Shown piece after piece: positions 26,661 through 27,775 of a DNA stretch of 27,775 nucleotides; within the stretch, counting starts at the first letter, position 1, and each line of letters starts with the position of its first letter. This stretch comes from Candidatus Krumholzibacteriia bacterium (GTDB lineage Bacteria > Krumholzibacteriota > Krumholzibacteriia > WVZY01). Both the position numbers and the translations under genes were made by a program. Under the pieces are notes generated by a model that searched no databases, had not been told where the DNA came from, and saw nothing but the letters and a program-made list of their open reading frames with translations. Location: NCBI GenBank assembly GCA_046754105.1, contig JBHHVD010000040.1, positions 1 to 27,775 of the forward strand, given 5' to 3'.

Positions 26661-27199
26661 ATGATGCAGCGGAATGTGAAATGGGTGACCTGGTCGTTGC
26701 CGCCCTGTCCGCCGGCGGGTGCGCGAAGCGGCCGGCGGTTCGAAGCGCCGAGCCGGTCGACGACAAGCCGTACCGCCTGGAGTCCGAGGGGCAGGTGCCG
26801 CCGTTCGGGCCGGACGCCGTTCGCCGCGAGGTCGACCGCGTGGATACGTTCGAAGACCTCGAGGTCGTAGAAGAGGGCATAGAGGTAGAGGACGTCGAGC
26901 CGGTGCGGGAAGTAACCTCCGAGCCGGTGGATTCGACCACGATGGTGGTGCCGGGGTACCGCGTTCAGGTGTTTGCCTCCGGTATTCGAGACAACGCCGT
27001 GGCGATGCAGGGGCGAATGGAGCGGTTGCTCGAGGTGCCGGTCTACCTGGAATTGCTGGACGGTATCTACAAGGTCCGGGTCGGTGATTGCCCCAACCGG
27101 GCGCAGGCCGAGGCACTCCTCCAGCGCTGCCGGGAAGCGGGTGTCGTGGACGCGTGGATCGTCACGAGCGACGTTGTGATCCTGCGCGGCAAAGAGTGA
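26661..27199 (+). CDS. SPOR-domain (peptidoglycan-binding) lipoprotein; 5' end probably frameshifted near 26690
   Basis: Main ORF 26681-27199 has lipobox-like AGGC, an acidic linker, and SPOR motifs GYRVQVFA...YKVRVGD...A...DAWIV. The basic n-region MMQRNVKWVT lies in another frame from ATG 26661. Confidence 0.8.
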
Positions 27200-27227
27200 A
27201 ACGGCGCTTCGCCGCGCCAGAATGCGG

Positions 27228-27255
27228 TTGACATAACGTTTGTGAAACTTATAAT
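27228..27255 (+). promoter_or_regulatory. Consensus sigma70 promoter of the tRNA operon
   Basis: TTGACA (27228-27233), 16-nt spacer, TATAAT (27250-27255), 15 nt before tRNA-Gly. Confidence 0.9.
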
Positions 27256-27270
27256 TTACTGCGATACGGG

Positions 27271-27345
27271 GCGGGAATAGCTCAGTGGTAGAGCACAACC
27301 TTGCCAAGGTTGGGGTCGCGGGTTCGAATCCCGTTTCCCGCTCCA
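27271..27345 (+). tRNA. tRNA-Gly (GCC)
   Basis: GCGGGAA/TTCCCGC acceptor stem, D-arm AGCTCAGTGGTAGAGC, anticodon GCC at 27303-27305, GGTTCGAATCC T-loop, encoded CCA. Confidence 0.98.
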
Positions 27346-27373
27346 TTACGACCTACCGACAAGCACTTCTTAC

Positions 27374-27448
27374 GGCGGCATAGCCAAGTGGCTAAGGCGA
27401 CGGTCTGCAAAACCGTTATCCCCGGTTCGAATCCGGGTGCCGCCTCCA
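27374..27448 (+). tRNA. tRNA-Cys (GCA)
   Basis: GGCGGCA/TGCCGCC acceptor stem, anticodon GCA at 27407-27409, GGTTCGAATCC, U discriminator, encoded CCA. Confidence 0.98.
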
Positions 27449-27556
27449 TTGTTTTGCGAACTAGCTATTCTCTGCCTCCCGGAGAGAGATTGCTGGCGAA
27501 ACGACCCACTGGTTTCTTATATCATAGAGAAAGGTCTACTGTCCTTTTCTTCGAAC

Positions 27557-27664
27557 CGGGATGGCAAGGATGCGCGTGGGGACAAAGTCTCGTCGGGCGT
27601 TTACTTTTATCGGTTGAAGACGACCGGATTTTCCCGGACTCGGAAGATGAACGTTTTGAAATGA
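27557..27664 (+). pseudogene. Orphan 3' fragment of a FlgD-Ig-like / C-terminal sorting domain gene
   Basis: RDGKDARGDKVSSGVYFYRLKTTGFSRTRKMNVLK* resembles the WDG.D..G..V.SGVYFYRL.......RKM.LLK C-terminus. The conserved W is CGG here, and there is no credible start or N-terminal part. Confidence 0.7.
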
Positions 27665-27775
27665 CGCTGAGGTGGGCTCTTCGGTAACGCGGTATGGATC
27701 GAGAATCAGGTCCGGCGAGCGTCGTGCGGGACCGGCTTCCAAAGAGTGTTCAACGTTTGGCCCGGACGGAGGAGC

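Noticed and set aside
26507..27346. 279-aa - strand ORF starting MERETGFEPAT, and ORF 27301-27687
   Set aside because: These are translations of tRNA sequence and of the antisense strand of the SPOR gene, a well-known artefact.
1..27775. CRISPR arrays, transposases, integrases, rRNA, long tandem repeats
   Set aside because: None were seen by eye on either strand.

Overview
GC-rich bacterial window that is almost entirely one Wzx/Wzy-type surface-polysaccharide (EPS/capsule) locus on the + strand. It encodes an O-antigen ligase/Wzy-like protein, two small initiating phosphoglycosyl transferases, Wza, a split Wzc (chain-length protein plus a BY-kinase-like protein lacking the Walker A lysine), an ExeA/XrtA-type AAA ATPase, a flippase, a GT2 plus a probable GT-C pair, five GT4 enzymes, a WbpB/E/D-like amino-sugar trio and a radical SAM enzyme. 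A membrane-anchored sulfatase-like gene is on the - strand. The locus is followed by a SPOR lipoprotein, tRNA-Gly(GCC), tRNA-Cys(GCA) and an orphan fragment of a FlgD-Ig-type C-terminal domain, which suggests an FCB-related lineage (inference). The two most intriguing unexplained elements are (1) a ~165-nt structured non-coding transcript with its own promoter and terminator in front of the operon, and (2) a translationally coupled Pol-beta-family nucleotidyltransferase plus cytoplasmic alkaline-phosphatase-family phosphodiesterase pair inside the operon. All calls come from motif recognition by eye; no searches were run.
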